Assembly (NCBI GenBank): GCA_965549355.1
Contig: CBEVGD010000003.1
Coordinates: forward strand, 1-39,824
DNA length: 39,824 bases
Source of the DNA: an uncultured bacterium
GTDB lineage: Bacteria > Actinomycetota > Humimicrobiia > Humimicrobiales > Humimicrobiaceae
Direction of reading: 5' to 3'
Positions 18,775 to 27,645 of this stretch are shown here, one piece after another; the first letter of the stretch is position 1; every line of letters begins with the position of its first letter. Under the pieces are notes generated by a model, which worked only from the letters and a program-made list of their open reading frames with translations, did no database searches and was not told the DNA's origin. The position numbers and the translations under genes were made by a program.

Positions 18775-19461
18775 TTATCTTAAAAACCACCTGGCCAGCA
18801 TCTTAAATAAGATATTCAGGCCATTGGATATCCTCTGGCCCTTTTTAATGGAGTAGCCAGTGTATCTTATTGTGACCGGGACCTCAAGATAGCGCAGCTT
18901 CTCCAGTTTGATCTTCTCTATTATCTCTGAAGCATGTTCCATGCCATGAGACTCCAGCTTCATCTTTGCAGCAGCAGCTGCAGTGAATGCACGAAGGCCA
19001 TTATGGGTATCGGTCAGCATTATGCCGTACATTAAAAAAAGAATGAAGGCACCGCCCTTAAGTATTATCCGTTTTGTCCAGGGAGTATTGCTCTTTTTAT
19101 TCAAAAACCTTGAGCCAAGGGCCACCTCAGCCTTATCATCAGCAAGGGGTGCCAGGAGATCGGCTATGTCACCGGCCATATGCTGGCCGTCTGAATCAAA
19201 TGTGACAATTATTTCAGCACCTGACATAAGTGCATAGTCCAGACCGGTCTGTAGTGAAGAACCCTGCCCAAGGTTTATAGGATGCGATAGTACAATGGCT
19301 CTATTATCTTCTGCGATCTTGCCGGTTCTGTCATCGGATCCATCATCTACTACAATAATATTATTGTAGCCATAGTTTCTGAGGTCCTTAATGGCTCCAT
19401 CTATACATTTCTCTTCATTGTATGCGGGAACGACTATGTATACTTTATAAGTTTTATCCAA
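18775..19461 (-). CDS. DPM1-like GT2, polyprenyl-phosphate sugar (probably HexNAc) synthase
   Basis: VVPAYNE, VVDDGSDD, NLGQGSSLQTG, TFDSDGQH, GSRF, TDTHNGLRAF; no TM; paired with DUF2304. Confidence 0.88.
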   Translation of the reverse strand: MDKTYKVYIVVPAYNEEKCIDGAIKDLRNYGYNNIIVVDDGSDDRTGKIAEDNRAIVLSHPINLGQGSSLQTGLDYALMSGAEIIVTFDSDGQHMAGDIADLLAPLADDKAEVALGSRFLNKKSNTPWTKRIILKGGAFILFLMYGIMLTDTHNGLRAFTAAAAAKMKLESHGMEHASEIIEKIKLEKLRYLEVPVTIRYTGYSIKKGQRISNGLNILFKMLARWFLR

Positions 19462-19503
19462 AATATTTTGCCGGCTATTATGCTGATTTTTATATTGTAT
19501 ATC

Positions 19504-21072
19504 TTATTGGATATTTATTTCAATATCTTCTGCTCTGAAATATGTATTATGTGTGGTTAAGCCAAGCTTTACAGAAGCATCCCCCGGATTGGAGCCGGAG
19601 AGCTTTAAAATCAAATTGATCTGGTTGCCGGCATCTATTTTGTAATTATCACTTACCCACATAAAGGTGTCATTCACCTTTCCGGGATATTGAGATATAT
19701 ATCCTGATGGGTCCACATCATCCAGTTCCAGATTTTCTATTTCAAGTTCAAATGAAGTTATCTCCAGGTCCAGGGTATCATTATTGGTTATAGTATATTC
19801 AAGAATAAACTGTTTCCCTGCCGCCTTTGGAGAATTATCCAGGCTGTTTTCTATGTTTAAATCAAGAAGATCCAGATATCCGGCATAATCAGCCGGAGGT
19901 ATATAGCTATTAAATTCGACCCTTCTGATATTACTGATATCTATAGTATTGAGATTTTCTATCCCTCCCCAATATCTTACTGCGCCGCGGTAGCCGGCTT
20001 CAGGGAGCAGAGGGATCTTCTCTTCGGAGTGATTATCATACGGCCAGGCAAATAGCAGGACCTCACTGCCCAGATGGGTTTCGATGGCTTCCCTGGAGCT
20101 GATCAATTCAGATAGGAATTCTTCATCATCTGCCAGTCCAAGACGTATATGATTTGCAGAGTGTGAGAGAAATTCACAGCCATAATCATACATTTCCCGA
20201 ACCTCCGGCCATATCAGCATCGGTCTCATCGGGACCGGCCTGTCGGCGTCAAAGTAATTTACCACCCTGCTATCTTCTGTCTCCTTTATGAAATCTGTTA
20301 CCAGAAATATAGTCATCTTATAGCCATATTCTTTTAGGATGGGAAAGGCATTGACATAAAGATCTCCGAATCCATCATCGGATGTAATAAGGACAGACTT
20401 TTCAGGAAGTACCCTTCCATAGTCAATATGGTCCATCAGGTCCTTAAACGTAATGGTCTCAAAACCAAAACTTTTTAATGTCTGGCAGAGTGCATTAAAA
20501 TGATGAGTATATAATTCTATGGGTATTTCTATCTTGTCCTCAATAGCATGAAGTCCTATGATGGGGAGCCTTTCTCTTATATAAGGCTGTACCCCAAAAA
20601 CCAGCAGACTCTCTTCATCTGAGATAAATTCTGAATCTTTTCCTTCATTAATGGATAATAATGCAGAGACAGGAGTATCTCTGACAAGCTCCTCTATGAC
20701 TTTTAGCGATATGCTATGTTCTACTGACTGCCCCGCCCCGGGGCTCTCAATCACAAAAGAAGTAGATCCCGGGTCTGCCAGCAGCAGATCACCTGGTATT
20801 AATTTGACCTCAATACCGGCATCGGCGCCGCCAGAATTAACAATACTGATATCGGCACGGACAGTTTCCCCGGGATAAAGATCCCCTCCATTGATATCGA
20901 TAAGCTCAAGAGTTGATCCTGTAAATGATACAGGAGCGGGCTCTGTCCCAATAGTCTCCGGATCCGTTCCGGGTTCACAGGATATAAGAGATAATAGAGC
21001 CAATAATACAATATTGATGCTTAGGAATATATAGAAATGCCTTTTAAATATGATTTTTAAATAATTGTTCAA
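19504..21072 (-). CDS. CE4 polysaccharide deacetylase lipoprotein with flanking Ig-like domains
   Basis: LLSLIS-C lipobox; LITSDDGFGD, SHSANH, FAWPY (IcaB/PgaB-type CE4 motifs); beta-rich N- and C-terminal domains. Confidence 0.85.
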   Translation of the reverse strand: MNNYLKIIFKRHFYIFLSINIVLLALLSLISCEPGTDPETIGTEPAPVSFTGSTLELIDINGGDLYPGETVRADISIVNSGGADAGIEVKLIPGDLLLADPGSTSFVIESPGAGQSVEHSISLKVIEELVRDTPVSALLSINEGKDSEFISDEESLLVFGVQPYIRERLPIIGLHAIEDKIEIPIELYTHHFNALCQTLKSFGFETITFKDLMDHIDYGRVLPEKSVLITSDDGFGDLYVNAFPILKEYGYKMTIFLVTDFIKETEDSRVVNYFDADRPVPMRPMLIWPEVREMYDYGCEFLSHSANHIRLGLADDEEFLSELISSREAIETHLGSEVLLFAWPYDNHSEEKIPLLPEAGYRGAVRYWGGIENLNTIDISNIRRVEFNSYIPPADYAGYLDLLDLNIENSLDNSPKAAGKQFILEYTITNNDTLDLEITSFELEIENLELDDVDPSGYISQYPGKVNDTFMWVSDNYKIDAGNQINLILKLSGSNPGDASVKLGLTTHNTYFRAEDIEINIQ

Positions 21073-21429
21073 AAATTCTTCTTATTATTTTTATATTCTA
21101 AACCTATTTATTTTCGGGCCCATGACATTAGAAAGTCATGAACCCTGCATACTGAGACTTTTACTAATTCGGTCACATTAATATAACACAAAAACATCAA
21201 ATTTTTAAAAAATTTGTTTGCATATGGATTTTTACCATATTTTATTATTTAAACAGGTATATTTTTGGCATAAAATTTGATTTGATGTTTTAATAAGAAA
21301 GTGCCCTGATCAGGAAATAAAGATATTAAAGGAAAGATTCAATAGATTGAGAATGTCTGGCGATGTTCTTGCTATGGCAGGCATTATAATATTGATTCTA
21401 AAAATAACACTTTAAAAACTGGAGAAAAA

Positions 21430-23319
21430 GTGGCTGATAAAATAAGGGGTCTATATGGCAGATGGAAAAATATTATCTTTATGGCCCTTGCCTTTACCAT
21501 ACCTTTTGTCATATATGTGCTCACGCTGGAAAGAAAGCTCGTAGGAGGGGATACTACCTGGTATGCTCTGCAGATACCGGAAATGAGCATAATGGTCCCC
21601 ACGGGCTATCCGGCTTTCAGCTTGCTTTTAAAGCTCTTCACTTTTCTGCCGGTTGGGGACCTTGCTTACAGGCTGAACCTCTTCTCCGCACTCTTTGGCG
21701 GCCTCACGATATTGTTTCTATTCCTTGCCATAAATAAGCTTATAAAAAATGAGATATTCAGCCTATCGGGTTCGCTTATATTCTCATTCTTATTTCCTTA
21801 CTGGTCCATAGCTAATAGGCTGGAATTTGATACGTTAAACAGCTTTTTTATTGTACTTGTACTGTACTCAGCAGTTTTATACAACGGAATAAAAAACAGA
21901 AAATTTCTCTATTTTTTCTTCTTCTGTCTGGGTCTGAGCCTTACCAACCACCCTATTGCATTTTTTGTGGTGCCCGCAATACTGCTTTATGTAATAATAG
22001 AAAACTCAAAGATATTTAAAAGTTTAAGAGCCGTACTTATTTCCATACTTTATTTCATCCTGCCGCTTCTTTCATATTTTTATCTGCTTATAAGGTCCAG
22101 GCAGGGGCATGGGCCCGTTACTGATCCGGTGAAGCTCTTTTATTATATGACTGGAAGAAAGGTGACGGGAACGCTCCACGGAGGAACTTTTTTTGATGAG
22201 TCTCCCGGTCATGTGCTGGGTGTTATGGGGGATTATCTCTGGATAATCTATGATGCTTTTGGCCCCATCCTGATAATCGTAGCGGTGGCAGGGCTGGTAT
22301 ATCTTATCAGAAAGAACTGGAAATTTGGTTTATGTCTGATGCTCTTTATGGGATTCAATATAATAGTGCCGCCGCTTTATCTTCCTTTTGCTAATGACAA
22401 TTATGTGATAGATTCCATGATCGTGGCTGCTATTTTCATAAGTTTTGGCTTCCTGCTTATCATGGACGGCTCTGCATGGCTATTTAAAAAAGCAGTCATG
22501 GACAGGAAGCTTTTAAAGGCGGACCGGTTCCTGAAGTATTTGATGATAGCTGCGATATTTATAACTTCAATGGCCATTCCAATTTTTCAGGTAACTCAAT
22601 TTTATAAGGTACATGACCGTTCAGAGCCGCTTAGCATTTATAAATTCTGGGAACAGGCTTTTGAAAATATGGAAGAAGATTCGGTTATATACGTTCATGC
22701 TACTTCTGAGAATGTAGGAATGTTTCTGGACCGCTATGAGTATCATGATAAGAATATTGATTTTTATTGTTCCCGAACCCCTGGATATTCCCAGGAGAAT
22801 GCCCTTAAGGATTTTGAGGCCGGAAGGGATGTATATTTTGTCGGAAGAGAAGCTCTGTTTAAGTTTATATTTAATACTGAAAAAGTAGGCAGGATTTTTC
22901 TGGTGAGAAGATATGGAGAGTTCCTTCAATTATATAAGACTACCGGTGTTTTTAAATCACTGAAGATAGACTATTCCATAGATGGTAAAGTGAAGGAATT
23001 CGGGGAAAAATTTCAGATAGAGTTTACCATTGAGAACAAGAACCCTGAACCGGTGCAGATAACCTCTATTGAACTGGAGCTTCCCGGCAATATAGATCTT
23101 CTAAATGTGGATCCGGAAGGATATATCAGCCAGGGCCCCGGTATGAGCCGCGGCATCTATATGTGGGTAAGTGATAACTATGTTGTCGATCCTGACAGTG
23201 AAGTAAACCTGATAGTGTATCTGCAGGGGACAGTGCCTGGAAAGGGCGTGATCAATTTCAGGATAACCACTCATGATGTATATATTGAGGCCAGTGGAAT
23301 TGAGATAGATATAAAGTAG
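21430..23319 (+). CDS. DUF2723 (TMEM260-like) GT-C membrane glycosyltransferase with C-terminal Ig-like domain
   Basis: YVLTL..GGDT..Y, PTGYPAF, AYRLNLFSALFG, LGLSLTNHP, YFYLLIRS match the DUF2723 pattern; multi-TM then soluble tail. Confidence 0.85.
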   Translation: MADKIRGLYGRWKNIIFMALAFTIPFVIYVLTLERKLVGGDTTWYALQIPEMSIMVPTGYPAFSLLLKLFTFLPVGDLAYRLNLFSALFGGLTILFLFLAINKLIKNEIFSLSGSLIFSFLFPYWSIANRLEFDTLNSFFIVLVLYSAVLYNGIKNRKFLYFFFFCLGLSLTNHPIAFFVVPAILLYVIIENSKIFKSLRAVLISILYFILPLLSYFYLLIRSRQGHGPVTDPVKLFYYMTGRKVTGTLHGGTFFDESPGHVLGVMGDYLWIIYDAFGPILIIVAVAGLVYLIRKNWKFGLCLMLFMGFNIIVPPLYLPFANDNYVIDSMIVAAIFISFGFLLIMDGSAWLFKKAVMDRKLLKADRFLKYLMIAAIFITSMAIPIFQVTQFYKVHDRSEPLSIYKFWEQAFENMEEDSVIYVHATSENVGMFLDRYEYHDKNIDFYCSRTPGYSQENALKDFEAGRDVYFVGREALFKFIFNTEKVGRIFLVRRYGEFLQLYKTTGVFKSLKIDYSIDGKVKEFGEKFQIEFTIENKNPEPVQITSIELELPGNIDLLNVDPEGYISQGPGMSRGIYMWVSDNYVVDPDSEVNLIVYLQGTVPGKGVINFRITTHDVYIEASGIEIDIK

Positions 23320-23470
23320 AACCGCACACTTAAAAATTTTATATAGAGCTGCATAGATGCTTAAAATCTGCAATCAAAGTTTGCGGATAAGTAAAAGTAT
23401 TGCAAAATAGCAGGGTTTGTAGTAAAAATTATTCTAATTAATCAAGAATATATAAAAACAGTTATTTTTA

Positions 23471-25435
23471 ATGGAACTTAAGAAACCGGCAACTATAGTA
23501 AAAAACAGACTGAGCTCTTCTTATAAAAAGTCTAAGAAACAGGCAGTTGGATCAATAAGCAGATTGGGCTCTTTGCTAAAAAAGGTTTTTAAAAAAATTA
23601 AAAATTTTCGGATAAAAATAAAATTGGGCAAGAAGAACATAATAATTATAGTATCAGTTTTCGTGGTGGTACTGATTGCTGCCGCAGCTGGATATTACTA
23701 TTATTTCCACATATACAGTATGCCTAATTTCGAGGATGAATTGTATAATAATGTAGTTACTGCTTCTATGGAAAGGATCAGCCCCGGGGATTCTCTCACC
23801 TATAAAGTGAATTACAAAAATAGCGGATACCGCGATGTAGACATATTACAGATAACTATCGGGATCCCGGAAAACACCTCCCTTGAGTCAAGTACCGGGG
23901 GTGGGACCTATGATGAGCAAAACAGGCTGCTTCAGTATACGATAAAAAAAATACCCAGAGAATCTTCAGGAAGTATCGAATTTGTAATGGAAGTAGCAGA
24001 GCCGCTTGATAGCGGGACAGAGATCATTCCGGGAGAAGTGAAGTTCGATTATTCCATCGGAGAAGGAAGCTTTGAGAAACTTTTGGACAGCGGGGGTGGC
24101 CATATTGTTGAAAGCAGCCCGGACTTTAGCTCCCTTTCTGTTTCTTCTGTGGATATTAATGGAGGCATACTGGGGCTTGAAGATGAAATAAAATATACTA
24201 TTAATATTAAAAATACCGGAAATATGATAGCAAGAGATGTAGAAGTAAGGAGCCGGTTATCACCGCATATGAGCCCGAACGGGAGCTACATAAGTCAATC
24301 CGGCAAGTATAGCGACGGATGCGTGGTATGGGATTTTGAAGAACTGCTGCCGGGCGAGCAGAAAACGCTGACCTTCAGGGCAAAGCTTGAGAGCGGCGAA
24401 GTCGGAGACAGGGAAGAGATAATAAACAGCACAGCACTTATCTATGGCGGCGAGGTAAAAGCTGAAAAAGAAGTTGTCAATATAGTAAGGCTTTTCCCGG
24501 ACTTTTCTGAAAGTACCGCCACTATTGCAGATACAAATGGCGGAAGCTATCTATGGTCCGGCGATACAGTAAGAGTCAAGGTGACTATTAGAAATACCGG
24601 CCAGATAAAAGCTGATGACTACAGGCTCTTTTGCCCCATACCCGGTCCCGCAACATATGTAAGCAGATCAGGAACAGCTGAGGGCATCAAATGGAGCGAT
24701 GATATAAAAGGGTTAATCTGGGACCTGAGCGGACTGGAAGTGGGGGAGTCAAAGGAAATAACTTTCAATATGACTGTAGATAGCAGCTATTACTATAAAA
24801 GCGGCACCATAACGACAGATTTTCATATTGCAGCCGGTGATGAGGATTTTGTCATCGAACCGGTAAGTATCTATATACAGGGGCATCCATACCTTAATGT
24901 TGTGGCGATGGGAGATTCTCTTATTGCAAAGTCAGACTGGGTACAGAGGCTGGATGGCAAACTTGAAGCGGCATATCCAGCTGCTGATTATAATACGCTT
25001 GCCAGTGCTGTGAGCGGTGAAGCTTCTTACCAGGGACTTGCCAGATTTGACGGCACAGTAGCTCCCCTGCATCCACATATACTTATTGTTGCCTATGGGA
25101 CAAATGATGCCGGAGGGAGCTTAAGCTATTTTCAGTACAGTATTGATAGTATTGTTGCAAAGGCAAAAAATATCGGGGCCACTGTATTTATAAATCTGAT
25201 AGGACCCATAAGTGCATCGGGCAAATCCAACTGGCCCAGATACAATGAAGTTATAATGGCGGTATCTGCCAAATATGGGGTGCCTGTTATAAATGTGACC
25301 TCGCCGCTTTCACAAAATACGGGCAAGTATTTGTCAGATGGGGTGCATTATACGCCCGCAGGTTCGGAAGTAGTGGCACAGACTGTATTTAATAGTATTT
25401 CCCAATACCTTAATGGTCTTGGCGGCAGGAGGTAA
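23471..25435 (+). CDS. membrane-anchored SGNH/GDSL hydrolase with three DUF11-like repeats
   Basis: Basic N-terminus + TM; three ~126-aa repeats (..GD.L.Y.I...NTG..); AMGDSL, YGTND, DGVHY catalytic blocks. Confidence 0.88.
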   Translation: MELKKPATIVKNRLSSSYKKSKKQAVGSISRLGSLLKKVFKKIKNFRIKIKLGKKNIIIIVSVFVVVLIAAAAGYYYYFHIYSMPNFEDELYNNVVTASMERISPGDSLTYKVNYKNSGYRDVDILQITIGIPENTSLESSTGGGTYDEQNRLLQYTIKKIPRESSGSIEFVMEVAEPLDSGTEIIPGEVKFDYSIGEGSFEKLLDSGGGHIVESSPDFSSLSVSSVDINGGILGLEDEIKYTINIKNTGNMIARDVEVRSRLSPHMSPNGSYISQSGKYSDGCVVWDFEELLPGEQKTLTFRAKLESGEVGDREEIINSTALIYGGEVKAEKEVVNIVRLFPDFSESTATIADTNGGSYLWSGDTVRVKVTIRNTGQIKADDYRLFCPIPGPATYVSRSGTAEGIKWSDDIKGLIWDLSGLEVGESKEITFNMTVDSSYYYKSGTITTDFHIAAGDEDFVIEPVSIYIQGHPYLNVVAMGDSLIAKSDWVQRLDGKLEAAYPAADYNTLASAVSGEASYQGLARFDGTVAPLHPHILIVAYGTNDAGGSLSYFQYSIDSIVAKAKNIGATVFINLIGPISASGKSNWPRYNEVIMAVSAKYGVPVINVTSPLSQNTGKYLSDGVHYTPAGSEVVAQTVFNSISQYLNGLGGRR

Positions 25436-25441
25436 GGGCCT

Positions 25442-25600
25442 GTGAAGAGAATACTGCTTCTAAAAATATTATATTATCTTTTCTTTGCCGCAATTATATT
25501 TATTGTGCTTATAGTCTTTATAGATATAATAGATCTTCCATTTTATGAGCAGCATATGTCTAGTTTTTTTCATAAGATCATGAATATTCTTGATTTTTAA
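25442..25600 (+). CDS. small single-TM protein (52 aa; not in ORF track)
   Basis: AGGAGGT at 25427-33, GTG 25442: MKRILLLKILYYLFFAAIIFIVLIVFIDIIDLPFYEQHMSSFFHKIMNILDF*. Confidence 0.65.
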   Translation: MKRILLLKILYYLFFAAIIFIVLIVFIDIIDLPFYEQHMSSFFHKIMNILDF

Positions 25601-25628
25601 GCTGTCCTTTTATTTTCCTGTAAATTTA

Positions 25629-26630
25629 CTATGCTGAAATATTGTCCCTTACAAAAGCATTAATATACTCTTTCGGTATCCCCATAAAGGTATCTCTGGC
25701 GATCCTGTCGCAGTTGTCGCATGGGAGATTCTTCATTATCTCTCCTGACTTAAACATCTTCCTCAGTTCTTTTATTTCCCGACCATTGAATATTTCCATT
25801 ATTGAATTTTTACCAAGATCACCGAGGGATATCCTTCCCATAAAATCCTGTGGGCACGGATAGACTCTTCCATCAAAAAATATTGTAAGCGAGTACCAGG
25901 GAAAGGTACATGCGTGCTTTTTGCTTACCGTCAGGCTATCTGGCTCCGATCCGCTGTCATTCAGAAGGCCTCCCCAGTTGTGGGGTGTTCTTGTTATTAT
26001 TCTATCCGGGCGGCGGCTTTCAAAACCTTTTAAAAAAGAATATCTCTGCTGCAGTCTTTCTTTAGTTTTTTTGCCGGAGCCATGCTCCATGACCTGTATG
26101 ATTGTAAGGGGCTTTTTTGCTTTTAGCTCTTTCTTTATTTTTAAGAATCTTTTTATATTTTCCAGGGTTTTCTCATAGTCTGCACCTTCCCGGTTTTTCT
26201 CATATTCCTTCCGGGTGTATCCGTCAAATGAAAATGATATCATATCCAGTCCGGCAAGTATTATGTCCCGGCTGAGCTTTCCGTCAAGCAGGGTAGCATT
26301 GGTATGCAGCCTTGTTTTGATATTTTTTGCTGTTCCGTAAGATACCATGTCTGCTATCTGCGGATGAAGCAACGGCTCCCCGCGGTGGAAGAGATTTGCA
26401 TCATATACGGATCCCGCAGCCTCATCTATGATCTTTTTATAAAGGCCAAAGTCCATGTCTTTTTTTTCGCTGTCAGGCATATCTTTATTGATGCACAGAC
26501 TGCATGATAGATTGCACCTGCTTGTGGTCTCTATCCAGAGTCTTGAAGGCATATAGCCAGGGGTTTCTCTTCTTTTCAGATATGAAAAAAATATTTTTGC
26601 CAGGTGTAAAAGATGTCTTGTCCTGTTCAT
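25629..26630 (-). CDS. radical SAM protein with SPASM/twitch domain
   Basis: IETTSRCNLSCSLC, GEPLLHP, TNATLL; C-terminal CTFPW...GRVYPCPQD...CDNC. Confidence 0.9.
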   Translation of the reverse strand: MNRTRHLLHLAKIFFSYLKRRETPGYMPSRLWIETTSRCNLSCSLCINKDMPDSEKKDMDFGLYKKIIDEAAGSVYDANLFHRGEPLLHPQIADMVSYGTAKNIKTRLHTNATLLDGKLSRDIILAGLDMISFSFDGYTRKEYEKNREGADYEKTLENIKRFLKIKKELKAKKPLTIIQVMEHGSGKKTKERLQQRYSFLKGFESRRPDRIITRTPHNWGGLLNDSGSEPDSLTVSKKHACTFPWYSLTIFFDGRVYPCPQDFMGRISLGDLGKNSIMEIFNGREIKELRKMFKSGEIMKNLPCDNCDRIARDTFMGIPKEYINAFVRDNISA

Positions 26631-26637
26631 CTTTATC

Positions 26638-27645
26638 TTATTGGATTATATTCCTTATTACATAAGTAGGTTTGTCCTGAGCCTCATGGTATATCCGCAT
26701 ATTGATCTCTGCAAGGAGTCCCATGGTGATAAGCTGTATGCCTATAAAGATCATAAAGATCGACAATATAAAAAGCGGCCGGTCAGCAAGACTATGGCCG
26801 AAGAATATCCTCATTATTATGAGATAGGCTGTGACGGCAAAACCGATTGTTCCCGAGAACAGGCCAAGCAGCCCGAATATCTGTATGGGCCTCTGTGAAT
26901 AGCTCAGCAGGAATTTGATCGTGATTATGTCGAGTATGACCCTTATGGTCCTTGATATTCCATACTTGGATTTCCCATATTTTCTGCCGTGATGGGTCAC
27001 CGGGATCTCTGCCACATTTACACCCATCCTGCTGGCGACAGCCGGGATATATCTGTGCATCTCGCCGTAAAGCTCGATGTTTTCGATGACTTCTTTTCTG
27101 TATGCTTTGAGTGTGCAGCCATAATCATGAAGGTGGACACCCGTCAATCCTGATATCATCTTATTGGCCACTACAGAAGGGAAGCGTCTTGAAACAACTT
27201 TATCCTTCCTGTCCTTTCTCCATCCGCTGACTATATCATAGCCCTGGTCAAGCTTCTTTAGTATTGCCGGTATATCTTTTGGATCGTTCTGAAGGTCCCC
27301 GTCAAGGGTTATTATTACATCGCCGCTACAGTAGTGGAATCCGGCGCTCATGGCAGAAGTCTGGCCGAAGTTTTTCCTGAACCTTATTATTTTATAGGAA
27401 CTGTTCTTCTTATGTATCTTTTGAAGCTCCCCGTAGGTCCCGTCTGTGCTCCCATCATCAATAAGTATGACTTCATAGGCGATCCCTAATCCCGGCAGTG
27501 TTTCATTGAGTCTGCTGTAAAGCTGGCCCACGCTTCCCTCCTCATTATAAACAGGTATTACTATTGAGAGGCCCATCTTCTTTTTAGAATTTCTGCCGGA
27601 TGCTTTTGTGTTTTTATTATATTTTCCACTTATCTTATCAGCCAT
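26638..27645 (-). CDS. GT2 polyprenyl-phosphate glycosyltransferase (ArnC/GtrB-like, two C-terminal TM)
   Basis: IVIPVYNEE, IDDGSTD, NFGQTSA, LDGDLQNDP, HDYGCTLKAYR, YGEMHRYIP. Confidence 0.9.
   Translation of the reverse strand: MADKISGKYNKNTKASGRNSKKKMGLSIVIPVYNEEGSVGQLYSRLNETLPGLGIAYEVILIDDGSTDGTYGELQKIHKKNSSYKIIRFRKNFGQTSAMSAGFHYCSGDVIITLDGDLQNDPKDIPAILKKLDQGYDIVSGWRKDRKDKVVSRRFPSVVANKMISGLTGVHLHDYGCTLKAYRKEVIENIELYGEMHRYIPAVASRMGVNVAEIPVTHHGRKYGKSKYGISRTIRVILDIITIKFLLSYSQRPIQIFGLLGLFSGTIGFAVTAYLIIMRIFFGHSLADRPLFILSIFMIFIGIQLITMGLLAEINMRIYHEAQDKPTYVIRNIIQ

Noticed and set aside
18775-26630. GT2, deacetylase and radical SAM as hpnI/hpnK/hpnJ for hopanoid side-chain tailoring
   Set aside because: The deacetylase is a CE4 lipoprotein, not YdjC-type HpnK; the radical SAM lacks the HpnJ N-terminal extension; the genes are far from the hpn operon.
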